Assembly: GCA_021844425.1 (NCBI GenBank)
Contig: JAKBTL010000042.1
Coordinates: 2,133 to 66,132 of the forward strand
Direction: 5' to 3'
DNA: 64,000 nt
DNA from: Actinomycetes bacterium
GTDB lineage: Bacteria; Actinomycetota; Acidimicrobiia; Acidimicrobiales; RAAP-2
A program made the position numbers and the translations under genes. Positions 53,380 to 62,678 of this stretch are shown in pieces; the stretch's first letter is position 1, and every line of letters begins with the position of its first letter. The notes under the pieces are model-generated. The model worked only from the letters and a program-made list of their open reading frames with translations, did not search any database and was not told where the DNA came from.

Positions 53380-55629
53380 TCACTCGCCGAGGTCGGGGGA
53401 CCCTCCCGCAGCCACGACGTCGCGTCTGAGGAGCCGCAGCGCGCCGTCCGCGGCGGCAGCGACAGCAGGGTCGGCGGCCACCGACGCGACCTGCCCGACG
53501 AGGTCCACCAGCTGCTTGACCGTCCGTACGAAGTCCCCTGGGGCGATCTCTCCGACGTCGCGTGATGCGATCTCGAGCACCGTGCCGAAGGAGGCGCCCC
53601 GGGCCCACGCGGCCACCGCCCCCGCGAGGCCGGGCTCGGGCTGGCGGGTTCTCGGGACGAGGTGGACCTCCTCCACCCCTCGAAGATGCTCGCCGAGCTC
53701 GCCGAGCACGACGAGCCGGGACGCGAGCTCCTGGCGCCTGCGCTCGCCGATCCGGTCGCTCCCGCCCTTTCCCCGGCGCGGCGTGCGGGCAAGCTCCCTG
53801 GCGGCCCTACGCCGGCCGTGCGCCGGTCCCCCGGCGGGCCGGCGGGCACGGCGGCGCTCGAAGACGACCGACGACAGGACGCCGGCGAGCACCGCCGGCT
53901 CCGCGTCGGCGAGCACGTCGCCGGCGAGCGCTTCGGCGACGAGGAGGTCGCACTCGTGGTAGATCCGGGCGAGCAGCGCCCCGCGCGCGGTGAGCCGCCA
54001 CCCGTCGAGGTAGCCCAGCTCCTCGAGCACGGCGAGGCGGCGGCCGAGGTGTTCGACGAGGACGTCGCGCGGCGTGGTCCGTCGCTTCGGCTGAGCCGAC
54101 CTCGACGCTCCGGCCGCTGCGTCCGCCTGCCACTGCGCGAACGAGCGGCGCAGCACCGACACCGCGGTGGGCCGGTCGAAGCGGCGCACCAGGTTCACGG
54201 CGAGGTTGTAGGTCGGGCGGAACGCCGAGCGGAGGTCCGGCGGCGGGGCGACGGCGATCCTGGCCATCTCGGCGACAGGGACGTCGGGGGCCCACAGGAC
54301 TACCGCATGGCCGACGTCGTCGAGACCGCGCCGGCCCGCCCGTCCGGTCAGCTGGGCGTACTCGCCCGACGTGAGCGGCGCGCGTCCGGCGCTGCCGTAC
54401 TTGTCGAACCGTTCGATCGCGACGGTGCGCGCCGGCATGTTGATGCCGAGCGACAGCGTCTCGGTCGCGAACACGACCTGGAGGAGGCCGCGGGCGAAGC
54501 ACTCCTCCACCGTCTCGCGGAACGCTGGGACGAGGCCAGCGTGGTGGGCCGCGACGCCCGACGTCAATCCTTCGAGCCACTGGGTGTAGCCGAGCACGTC
54601 GAGCGCGTCGTCGCTCAGGTCCTCTGCGTGCGCCTCGGCGATGTAGCGGATCTCCGCACGCTGGTGGTGGTCGGTGAGGCGCATCCCCTCGCGAAGGCAC
54701 TGCGCGACGGCGTCGTCGCAGGACGCCCGGCTGAAGATGAACACGATCGCCGGCAGGAGGTCGCGCTCTTCGAGCGCCTCTACGAGCTCGATGCGTCTTG
54801 GCGCCCGGAAGGGCAGGCGCGGCCAGCGCCGGTCGCTCCCGCGCCAGCGCGGCGCAGGAGTCGACCTCGCCAGCCTGCGTGCGGTGTCGTCGAGGCGCAG
54901 CGCCTCGGCGCTCGGGCGCGAGTCGTGGAGGAGCGGGAGCAGATCGGTCTCCGGCGGCCCTCCCCCTTCGGGCTGGCGGCGATGGACGGCCAGGTGGTGG
55001 CGAAGGACCACAGGGCGTCGCCGCTCCACGACGACGGCCGTCGGGCCGCGCACCGAGGTCAGCCAGTCGCCGAGCTCGGAGGCGTTGGAGACCGTGGCCG
55101 ACAGGCACACGAAGGTCACCGTCGGTGGGCAGAGGACGAGGACTTCCTCCCACACCGCTCCCCGGTAGGGGTCTTGGAGGTAGTGGACCTCGTCGAGCAC
55201 CACGGTGCGCAGGCCGTCGAGGAGCTCCGAGCCGGCGAGGAGCATGTTGCGCAGGACCTCGGTCGTCATGACGACGACGGGCGCCTCTGCGCGTCTCGCG
55301 ATGTCGCCGGTGAGGAGGCCGACACGCTCGCTCCCGTGCGCCGCGGAGAGCTCGGCGAACTTCTGGTTCGAGAGCGCCTTGAGCGGCGTCGTGTAGAAAG
55401 CCTTGCCTCCCGTCGCCAGTGCGCGGTCGACCGCGTAGGCGGCGACGAGGGTCTTGCCGGAGCCGGTGGGCGCGGAGACGAGGACGGAGCAGCCGTCGTC
55501 GAGCGCGTCGAAGGCCTCCGTCTGGAAAGGGTCCGGCACGAAGCGGAGCGAGCGGAGAAAGCGTGCCCGCAGGGGGTGCGGGGTCCCGGCCGGCGCTGCC
55601 GCGGGCCGACCCGTAGACGGGGTGGTCAA
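53380..55629 (-). CDS. helY: Ski2-like DEAD/DEAH-box helicase HelY
   Basis: PDPFQ..A, SAPTGSGKT, DEVHY, SAT, C-terminal GDFVRTVKQLVDL. Start proposed at TTG 55629, overlapping the tatC stop (TTGA). The upstream 1124-aa track ORF extension overlaps tatC and is rejected. Confidence 0.8.
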   Translation of the reverse strand: MTTPSTGRPAAAPAGTPHPLRARFLRSLRFVPDPFQTEAFDALDDGCSVLVSAPTGSGKTLVAAYAVDRALATGGKAFYTTPLKALSNQKFAELSAAHGSERVGLLTGDIARRAEAPVVVMTTEVLRNMLLAGSELLDGLRTVVLDEVHYLQDPYRGAVWEEVLVLCPPTVTFVCLSATVSNASELGDWLTSVRGPTAVVVERRRPVVLRHHLAVHRRQPEGGGPPETDLLPLLHDSRPSAEALRLDDTARRLARSTPAPRWRGSDRRWPRLPFRAPRRIELVEALEERDLLPAIVFIFSRASCDDAVAQCLREGMRLTDHHQRAEIRYIAEAHAEDLSDDALDVLGYTQWLEGLTSGVAAHHAGLVPAFRETVEECFARGLLQVVFATETLSLGINMPARTVAIERFDKYGSAGRAPLTSGEYAQLTGRAGRRGLDDVGHAVVLWAPDVPVAEMARIAVAPPPDLRSAFRPTYNLAVNLVRRFDRPTAVSVLRRSFAQWQADAAAGASRSAQPKRRTTPRDVLVEHLGRRLAVLEELGYLDGWRLTARGALLARIYHECDLLVAEALAGDVLADAEPAVLAGVLSSVVFERRRARRPAGGPAHGRRRAARELARTPRRGKGGSDRIGERRRQELASRLVVLGELGEHLRGVEEVHLVPRTRQPEPGLAGAVAAWARGASFGTVLEIASRDVGEIAPGDFVRTVKQLVDLVGQVASVAADPAVAAAADGALRLLRRDVVAAGGSPDLGE

Positions 55630-56390
55630 CGTCGGAGGAGCTTGCCGACGCCGATGGACGCGAAGTAGAAGGCGATGAGGGGGACTGCGAGGGCGATCAT
55701 GGAAAAGGGATCGGAGCTCGGCGTGAAGACCGCGGCAGCGACGGTGATCCCGATCACCGCCCACCGCCAGTGACGGAGGAGTGCGGCGGGAGTGATCACG
55801 CGGGCGACCTGCAGCGCGACGAGCACGACCGGGAACTCGAAGGTGAGCCCGAAGAGCAGCATCAAGAGCAGCACCAGCGTGAGGTACGCGTTCGGGTTCA
55901 ACAGCGCGTGGATGCTCGGGCCGCCGATGTGGATCAGCCAGCCGAGGGTGTGGGGGAGCACGACGTAGACGACTGCGCAGCCGCACAGGAAGAGGACGAC
56001 CGAGGCGATCACGAACGGAACGGCGTAGCGCTTCTCGGAGGGGCGCAGTCCCGGGGTGATGAACCTCCACAGCTCCCACAGCGCCACAGGGGAGGTGAGG
56101 ACGAGCCCGCCGAACGCGGCGAACTTCACCCGAAGCCCGAGCGCATCGAGCGGGGCGGTCACGTAGAAGCGGCACGCGCCGGCGTGCTCGATCTCGCAGA
56201 AGGGATGGCGGAGCAGCGAGAACTCCCAGCTGTAGAAGAACACCGAGACGGTCGCGAGGACGACGAACGCCACCACGACGATGACGAGCCGGCGACGAAG
56301 CTCGCCCAGGTGCTCCCCGAGCGTCATCGCGTCGGGACGGGCGCGGAGGCGACGCAGCGCCGGGACGCGCTCGGAGAGGGGCATGGCCAT
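55626..56390 (-). CDS. tatC: Twin-arginine translocase subunit TatC
   Basis: 254 aa, 6-TM layout. HL.ELR.RL, and F.FP pattern (FEFPVV). Confidence 0.88.
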   Translation of the reverse strand: MAMPLSERVPALRRLRARPDAMTLGEHLGELRRRLVIVVVAFVVLATVSVFFYSWEFSLLRHPFCEIEHAGACRFYVTAPLDALGLRVKFAAFGGLVLTSPVALWELWRFITPGLRPSEKRYAVPFVIASVVLFLCGCAVVYVVLPHTLGWLIHIGGPSIHALLNPNAYLTLVLLLMLLFGLTFEFPVVLVALQVARVITPAALLRHWRWAVIGITVAAAVFTPSSDPFSMIALAVPLIAFYFASIGVGKLLRR

Positions 56391-56393
56391 CGG

Positions 56394-56858
56394 CTAGTTC
56401 AGGTTCGGGTCGTCGGTGTCGAGCCTCGCGAGCGCCGGAGCCACGAACCGCGCCGCTCCGGTGCCGGTCTCCTCGGCGGCTCGGGCGCCGTTGGCCGGCG
56501 TGGACGCCCCGGCGGCTCCGGCTCGGGCGCCGTTGGCCGGCGTGGACGCCCCGGCGGCTCGGGTGCCTGCGACCCCGTCGGCGTGCGCGTCCTCGTCCTG
56601 TGACGGCGACTCGCCGTGCACGTCCGCCAGCTGGTTCAAGAGGGTCACCGGCGAGCGGGCGAAGCGCACGATGTCCTGGCTGCTCGGGAGGTCCGGGACG
56701 GCCTGGCGGAGCTCGCTGTCGAGCCGCAGGTGCAGCTCGCGCACCTTGCGCCACCCCGCGCCGAGCTGGCGGGCGACCTCGGGCAGGCGCTTGGGCCCGA
56801 GGAGGACCACCACGACGACGAAGATGATGATGAGCTTTGTCGGGCTGAGGTCCAGCAC
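56394..56858 (-). CDS. tatA: Twin-arginine translocase TatA/TatB-family subunit
   Basis: GTG 56858. VLDLSPTKLIIIFVVVVVLLGPKRLPEVARQLG. The long tail has a 42-bp repeat. Confidence 0.8.
   Translation of the reverse strand: MLDLSPTKLIIIFVVVVVLLGPKRLPEVARQLGAGWRKVRELHLRLDSELRQAVPDLPSSQDIVRFARSPVTLLNQLADVHGESPSQDEDAHADGVAGTRAAGASTPANGARAGAAGASTPANGARAAEETGTGAARFVAPALARLDTDDPNLN
56475..56570. repeat. 42-bp tandem repeat, about 2.2 copies (AGASTPANGARA units)
   Basis: Read directly. In-frame in the TatA/B tail. Confidence 0.9.
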
Positions 56859-56887
56859 GCGCCGCCAGTTTACCTGGGGGCTCCGAT

Positions 56888-57691
56888 CTAGAAGTACCGG
56901 AACTGCGACGGCGGCCAGAGGATGAGGAAGACCTTCCCGACGACGTAGGACGCCTTGACGGGGCCCCACATCCTGCTGTCGCACGAGTTCACCCGATTGT
57001 CCCCCATGACGAAGTAGTCCCCCTTCGGCACGGTGAACGGCTTCGACATTCTCGTGTAGGTCTGGGGACCCTTCGGCAACCAGGGCTCCTTCAGGAGCTT
57101 CCCTGTGATGTACACCTGCCCGCCTTGGGCGGAGACCGTCTGGCCCGGGAGCCCGACGACGCGCTTGACGAGGTCTGGGACCGGCGGTCCGCCGCAGTCC
57201 TCTGCCGGCGGCCGCTTGAACACGATGATGTCGCCCACGTGGATCGTGCCGTAGAGCTTGTTCACGACGATCCGGTCCCCTGCCTTTAGCGTGGGCCACA
57301 TGGATGTCGACGGCACGTAGTAGGTCTGCGCGACGAACGTTCGGACTCCGAAGGCGACGCCGACCGCGACGAGGATGACGACGATCCACTCGACGATCCA
57401 GCGGTGTGAGCGGCGTCGGGGCCCGGCCCCGCCGCCGGTTCCGTTCTCGCCGCCGGCCGTGCCGCTCGGACCACCGCCTGTCGCGCTGGTCGGCTCGCCG
57501 CCGGCCGTGCCGCTCGGACCACCGCCTGTCGCGCTGGTCGGCTCGCCGCTCGGCCCACCGCTCAGCTCGCCGCCGGTCGTGGTCGCTGGTTGCCGGGCAT
57601 CGACCGCGTCGCCGGGCAGGACGGTGCCGGGGCTGCTGCCAACCGAAGGGCCGGCGTTGGGCACGGCGTGGGCAGGGAGTTCGTCGCTCAC
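56888..57691 (-). CDS. lepB: Signal peptidase I
   Basis: PSTSMWPTL (catalytic Ser), DLVKRVVG (Lys), GDNRVNSCDSR. The N-terminal repeat region makes the start uncertain. Confidence 0.88.
   Translation of the reverse strand: MSDELPAHAVPNAGPSVGSSPGTVLPGDAVDARQPATTTGGELSGGPSGEPTSATGGGPSGTAGGEPTSATGGGPSGTAGGENGTGGGAGPRRRSHRWIVEWIVVILVAVGVAFGVRTFVAQTYYVPSTSMWPTLKAGDRIVVNKLYGTIHVGDIIVFKRPPAEDCGGPPVPDLVKRVVGLPGQTVSAQGGQVYITGKLLKEPWLPKGPQTYTRMSKPFTVPKGDYFVMGDNRVNSCDSRMWGPVKASYVVGKVFLILWPPSQFRYF
57446..57555. repeat. 48-bp tandem repeat, about 2.3 copies (GGEPTSATGGGPSGTA units)
   Basis: Period is 48 nt, measured between 57446 and 57494. In-frame. Confidence 0.9.
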
Positions 57692-57774
57692 GGGGTCCCG
57701 AGGCTACAGGGTGTGCTCCTCCTTGGCAGGACGGGGGCCGGCAGAACGGGCCCTGCCGAGGGCTGGCAACGGCG

Positions 57775-59133
57775 TCAGAGCGAGGCGATGAGGCGCTCGA
57801 CGCGCTCGTCGTGCGAGCGGAACGGGTCCTTCAGCAGCACGGTGCGCTGGGCCTGGTCGTTCAGCTTCAGGTGGACCCAGTCGACGGTGAAGTCGCGCCG
57901 GCGCTCCTTCGCACGTCGCACGAAGGCGCCGCGGAGCCGCGCCCGGGTCGTCTGGGGGGGCTCCGTCATGGCCGTGACGATGTCGGCGTCGGCGCAGGTC
58001 CGCTCGACCTGGTCGCGGGCCTGGAGCTTGTAGAAGAGCCCGCGCTCTCGGTCGACGTCGTGGTACATGAGGTCGATCATCGCGACCTTGGGGTGCGAGA
58101 GCGCGACGCCCTGGCGCTTGCGCAGCTCGTCGATGAGCCGGTACTTGGCCACCCAGTCGCACTCCCGCCACAGGGACAGCGGGTCGGACTCGAGGCCCTT
58201 CAGACAGTGCTGCCACATCTCGAGCGCACGATCCCCCTCGGGCCCGAGCCCATGGCGGTCTCGGAAGCGCAACGCGCGCTCGAGATACTCGAACTGGATG
58301 TCGAGCGCGCGCATCTCGCGCCCGTTGGCAAGGCGGACCCGCCGCTGGCAGGTGATGTCGTGGCTGATCTCGCGGATCGCCCGGATCGGGTTCTCGAGCG
58401 TGAGGTCCCGCAGCACGGTGCCGCTGTCCTCGAGCATGGTGAGGAGGACGGCCGTGGTGCCGACCTTGAGGTACGTCGCGTACTCGCTCATGTTCGAGTC
58501 GCCGACGATCACGTGCAGCCTGCGGAAGCGCTCCGCGTCGGCGTGCGGCTCATCGCGCGTGTTGATGATCGGGCGACTGCGCGTGGTCGCCGACGAGACG
58601 CCCTCCCAGATGTGCTCGGCTCGCTGGCTCATGCAGTAGACGGCGCCGCGTGCCGTCTGGAGCACCTTGCCCGCCCCGGCGAAGATCTGCCGGCTCACGA
58701 GGAACGGGATGAGCACCTCGGTGTAGCGGCCGAAGTCGTCGTTGCGCTCGGTGAGGTAGTTCTCGTGGCAGCCGTAGGAGTTCCCGGCCGAGTCCGTGTT
58801 GTTCTTGAAGAGGTAGACGTCGCCGCGGATCCCCTCCTCGCGCAGGCGCGTCTGAGCTCCTGCCACGAGCTGCGAGAGGATCCACTCCCCCGCCTTGTCG
58901 TGCACCACGAGGTCGCTGACGCGGTCGCACTCTGGCGTGGCGTACTCCGGGTGGCTGCCGACGTCGAGGTACAGCCGGGCGCCGTTCTCCAAGAAGACAT
59001 TCGACGAGCGGCCCCAGCTGACCACGCGGCGGAAGAGGTAGCGCGCCACCTCGTCGGGGCTCAGCCGGCGCTGGCCGCGCAGGGTGAAGGTGACCCCGTA
59101 CTCGTTCTCGAGCCCGAAGATCCGCCTCTCCAC
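57775..59133 (-). CDS. pafA: Pup--protein ligase PafA
   Basis: GTG 59133 ([16 protein letters not shown]). [47 protein letters not shown] is nearly identical to the recalled mycobacterial PafA. Confidence 0.92.
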   Translation of the reverse strand: MERRIFGLENEYGVTFTLRGQRRLSPDEVARYLFRRVVSWGRSSNVFLENGARLYLDVGSHPEYATPECDRVSDLVVHDKAGEWILSQLVAGAQTRLREEGIRGDVYLFKNNTDSAGNSYGCHENYLTERNDDFGRYTEVLIPFLVSRQIFAGAGKVLQTARGAVYCMSQRAEHIWEGVSSATTRSRPIINTRDEPHADAERFRRLHVIVGDSNMSEYATYLKVGTTAVLLTMLEDSGTVLRDLTLENPIRAIREISHDITCQRRVRLANGREMRALDIQFEYLERALRFRDRHGLGPEGDRALEMWQHCLKGLESDPLSLWRECDWVAKYRLIDELRKRQGVALSHPKVAMIDLMYHDVDRERGLFYKLQARDQVERTCADADIVTAMTEPPQTTRARLRGAFVRRAKERRRDFTVDWVHLKLNDQAQRTVLLKDPFRSHDERVERLIASL

Positions 59134-59265
59134 AGTGGTCACGGTAGTGCCGGGCACGCAGCCGGCGAGCGTCAGGCAGGAACGAGCGCCAGCCGCCACC
59201 GGCGAGCGCCAGCCGCCGGCGAGCGAGCGTCAGGCGGACAGAGGAGCTGCCAGGCTGCCTCCCGG

Positions 59266-60039
59266 CTACCCGCTGTTCTCGACGGCGGCCTGGTCGTCCG
59301 CTCCGCCGGAGGTCCGTGGAGTGGGCTCGCCCGCCTGCGCCGGCGCGGGGGGAGGCTCCACCCCTTCGAGGACCTGGGCGAGCTCGCCGTCGGTGACCCG
59401 CTTGAAGGAGCGGCGGCCGTTCTCCCTGCTCAGCACCGCAACTTCGAGGTCGTTCGGGCCGAGGGTGCGCTGCGGGCCGGCCAGGGCCTTCACCGCCGCC
59501 CTGATCGCCTCGGCCCGGTCACGATCCGGTCGCCAGTCGGCGGCGAACCGCTCGCTGATCGTCTCCGCTTCTCCGCCGAGGACGGCGAAACGGTCCTCGT
59601 CGGTGATCGTTCCCTCGTAGGCCACGTGGTACAGCTGGTCGGCCCTTCCGTTGGTCCCGAGCTCGGCGACGAGGATCTCCACCTCGAGCGGCTTCATCTC
59701 GTGCGTGAAGACGTTCCCGAGGTACTGCGCGTAGAGATTGGCGAGTGAGCGTGCGTCGACGTCCTCCCGGCTGAACGCGAAGCCCTTCGTGTCCGCGTGA
59801 CGCACGCCAGCCACGCGGAGCTGGTCGTACTCGTTGTACTTGCCGACCCCGGCGAACGCGATGCGGTCGTAGATCTCACTGATCTTGTGCAAAGAGCGCG
59901 AGGGGTTCTCCGCGACGATGAGGACCCCGTCGGCGTACGCGGTGGCGATGAGGGAGCGGCCGCGGGCGATCCCCTTCTGGGCGTACTCGGCCCGATCCTT
60001 CATCACCTGCTCGGGGGCGACGTAGAACGGCATCGTCAT
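59266..60039 (-). CDS. prcA: Proteasome alpha subunit
   Basis: MPFYVAPEQVMKDRAEYA.KGIARGRS. The start overlaps the prcB stop. Confidence 0.92.
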   Translation of the reverse strand: MTMPFYVAPEQVMKDRAEYAQKGIARGRSLIATAYADGVLIVAENPSRSLHKISEIYDRIAFAGVGKYNEYDQLRVAGVRHADTKGFAFSREDVDARSLANLYAQYLGNVFTHEMKPLEVEILVAELGTNGRADQLYHVAYEGTITDEDRFAVLGGEAETISERFAADWRPDRDRAEAIRAAVKALAGPQRTLGPNDLEVAVLSRENGRRSFKRVTDGELAQVLEGVEPPPAPAQAGEPTPRTSGGADDQAAVENSG

Positions 60040-60869
60040 GCCAGCTCACCTCCGCTCGAGGAGCCCCCAACGGCTTCGCGCTCGGTCCGCTTTCGCTCGA
60101 TGAGCGCCTGGAAGCGCTCCGCCACCTCCTCTTCGGGCACCTCTCGGTAGCCGTCGGCCGTGACGACGGCTACCGTCGGGTAGATCCCGCGCACCACGTC
60201 CGGCCCGCCCGTGCCCGAGTCCTCGTCCGCCGCCTCGTACAGCGCCTGGATGGCGAGCTCCACGCCCTCCGAGTGCGAGAGGCCTTCGCGAAAGCCCAGC
60301 TTGATCGTCGTCCTGGCATCCCGCCCGCCCGAGCCGGTCGCCTGGTAGTCGGCCTCCTCGTAGTGGCCGCCGGTCACGTCGTAGGTGAAGATCCGCCCGG
60401 CTCCCCGCGCCGTGTCGTAGCCGGCGAACAGTGGGACGACGGCGAGGCCCTGGAACGCGAGCGGCAGGTGCTGGCGGACCATCTGGGCGAGCTGGTTCGC
60501 CTTTCCCTCGAGGCTGAGGTGCACCCCCTCGACCTTCTCGTAGTGCTCGAGCTGGGTCTGGAAGAGACGGACCATCTCGACGGCGAACCCCGCAGCGCCC
60601 GCGATGGCCACCGCAGAGTACCGGTCGGCAGGGAACACCTTCTCCATCGCGCGGTGCGCGATCGCATGACCCTCGGTCGCGCGCCGGTCGCCCGCCATCA
60701 CGACGCCCTCGGCGAAACGCAGCGCGACGACGGTCGTGGCGTGGCGGACGGACGCGGCCACGTCAGCTCCCTGCGGCACGGCGGGCACGGCAGGCATGCC
60801 GCTTCGCCGCAGGAGGCTCGAGAAGTCCGGTCCAGGGTCGTCGGTCGGATGGAAGAGCGGGAGCGCCAC
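60036..60869 (-). CDS. prcB: Proteasome beta subunit (with propeptide)
   Basis: HATTVVALRF gives the catalytic Thr after propeptide cleavage. GSGG present. Confidence 0.92.
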   Translation of the reverse strand: MALPLFHPTDDPGPDFSSLLRRSGMPAVPAVPQGADVAASVRHATTVVALRFAEGVVMAGDRRATEGHAIAHRAMEKVFPADRYSAVAIAGAAGFAVEMVRLFQTQLEHYEKVEGVHLSLEGKANQLAQMVRQHLPLAFQGLAVVPLFAGYDTARGAGRIFTYDVTGGHYEEADYQATGSGGRDARTTIKLGFREGLSHSEGVELAIQALYEAADEDSGTGGPDVVRGIYPTVAVVTADGYREVPEEEVAERFQALIERKRTEREAVGGSSSGGELA

Positions 60870-60875
60870 CTCGGG

Positions 60876-61073
60876 CTACTGCCCGCCCTTCTGGACGTAA
60901 TTGCGGACGAACTCCTCGGCGTTGTCCTCGAGCACTTCGTCGATCTCGTCCATGAGATCGTCGAGCTCCGCTTTGATCTTCTCGCCGCGCTCGGAGGTCG
61001 CGGGGGTCTCTTCGACCACCTCGCTCTCGGTGCGAGCCGGCGCGCTCTTGCGCTTCAGTTCTCGCTCAGGCAT
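60876..61073 (-). CDS. pup: Prokaryotic ubiquitin-like protein Pup
   Basis: 65 aa, acidic. C-terminal FVRNYVQKGGQ. GAGGGGA lies upstream of the ATG. Confidence 0.95.
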   Translation of the reverse strand: MPERELKRKSAPARTESEVVEETPATSERGEKIKAELDDLMDEIDEVLEDNAEEFVRNYVQKGGQ

Positions 61074-61166
61074 CGCTTCGTCCCCTCTTGCACGTCACTG
61101 TCTTATCTCGCCAGCCACCGGTATGTGCGTCTTTTCCGATCGCGGGCCTGCGGTCCTCGAGGTTCG

Positions 61167-62657
61167 TCATGCGCTCAGCCGCTCCAGGAGCTGCGCCGGC
61201 GTCGCGCTCGCGTCCAGGAGGGCGGCCGTGTGCGCCGCCGTCCCCCGCAGGGGGTCCATCATAGGGACGCGGCGCAACGGGTCGGTCCCCAGGTCGAACA
61301 CGAGCGAGTCCCAGTTCGCCGTCACCACGGCCTCGGGCCACCGGGCGAGGCACTGCCCGCGGAACCACGCCCGCGTGTCGGCCGGCGGGGTTGTGACCGC
61401 TGCCGCGACCGCCGCGTCGTCGACCAGGCGCTCCATGCCGAGGCGGGCATAGAGGGAGCGCTCCGGGCGCAGGTCGTGGTACTGCAGGTCGAGGGCGAAG
61501 AGCCTGCTGTCCCCCCAGTCGCAGCCGTGACGCTCTCGGTAGGCCTCGACCACCCTGCGCTTGGCGACCCAGTCGAGCTGGCCGGCGAGCGTGGAAGGGT
61601 CCTGCTCCAGGCCGTGGAGGACGGCCTCCCAGCGTCCGAGGACGCGCTCGCCGACCTCGTCTCCTCCGAGCACCGACAGGCCGTGGTGGTCGGCGTACTT
61701 GCGGGCTGCCGTGTACAGCTCCCACTGGACGGCGAGCGCCGTGGCGGTCGAGCCGTCCGCCATGGTGAACGGGCGGCGCAAGGTGAGGTCGGTCGAGACC
61801 TCGTGCAGGGCTCGGACGGGATCGGCCGGGGTGAGGTCCCGGGGCGGGGCGAGGCCGTCTTCGACCATGGCGAGCACGAGCGCGGTGGTGCCGGCCTTGA
61901 GGAAGGTCGCGACCTCGGACAGGTTGGCGTCCCCGATGATGACGTGGAGGCGGCGGAAGCGCCTCGGGTCGGCGTGTGGCTCGTCCCTGGTGTTCACGAT
62001 CGGGCGCTTGAGCGTCGTCTCGAGGCCGATCACCTCTTCGAAGAACTCCGCGCGCTGGGAGATCTGGAAGGTCACCCCGGCCTTGTCGAGCGTGGGGGTC
62101 TCGGCGCCCACCTTGCCCGATCCGGTGTAGATCTGGCGGGTCACGAAGTGCGGGACCACCGCGGCGGCGACCTTGACGAAGGGGACGGCCCGGTCCACGA
62201 GGTAGTTCTCGTGGCAGCCGTAGGAGTTGCCCTTGCCGTCCGAGTTGTTCTTGTAGACGACGACTGGCGGCGTGCCCGGGTAGAGGTGCGCCGCCGCGCG
62301 CATCGAGCGGCGCAGCACCTCCTCTCCGGCCTTGTCGTAGAGGACGAGGGTCAGCGGGTCGGCGCACTCGGGCGAGGAGTACTCGGGGTGGGCGTGGTCC
62401 ACGTAGTAGCGCGCGCCGTTGGTGAGCACCGTGTTGGCCAGGTGCGTCTCGACGATCGGGGCGAGAGCCCCCTCCTTCGTGAACCCGCGCGCGTCGTTGG
62501 CCGGTGTCTCGTCCTCGAAGTCCCAGTCCGTTCGGCGCTCGGCCTCGGTCGCGTAGGCGTTGACGAGGAGCGAGGACGCGGTGATCGGATTGCCGTCGCC
62601 ACCGGGCACGCTGATGCCGTACTCGGTCTCGATCCCGCAGACCTTGGGAATGGCCAT
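61167..62657 (-). CDS. dop: Pup deamidase/depupylase Dop
   Basis: [38 protein letters not shown]. 496 aa. Confidence 0.92.
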   Translation of the reverse strand: MAIPKVCGIETEYGISVPGGDGNPITASSLLVNAYATEAERRTDWDFEDETPANDARGFTKEGALAPIVETHLANTVLTNGARYYVDHAHPEYSSPECADPLTLVLYDKAGEEVLRRSMRAAAHLYPGTPPVVVYKNNSDGKGNSYGCHENYLVDRAVPFVKVAAAVVPHFVTRQIYTGSGKVGAETPTLDKAGVTFQISQRAEFFEEVIGLETTLKRPIVNTRDEPHADPRRFRRLHVIIGDANLSEVATFLKAGTTALVLAMVEDGLAPPRDLTPADPVRALHEVSTDLTLRRPFTMADGSTATALAVQWELYTAARKYADHHGLSVLGGDEVGERVLGRWEAVLHGLEQDPSTLAGQLDWVAKRRVVEAYRERHGCDWGDSRLFALDLQYHDLRPERSLYARLGMERLVDDAAVAAAVTTPPADTRAWFRGQCLARWPEAVVTANWDSLVFDLGTDPLRRVPMMDPLRGTAAHTAALLDASATPAQLLERLSA

Positions 62658-62678
62658 GAGAGCGACCCTACCCGCTCG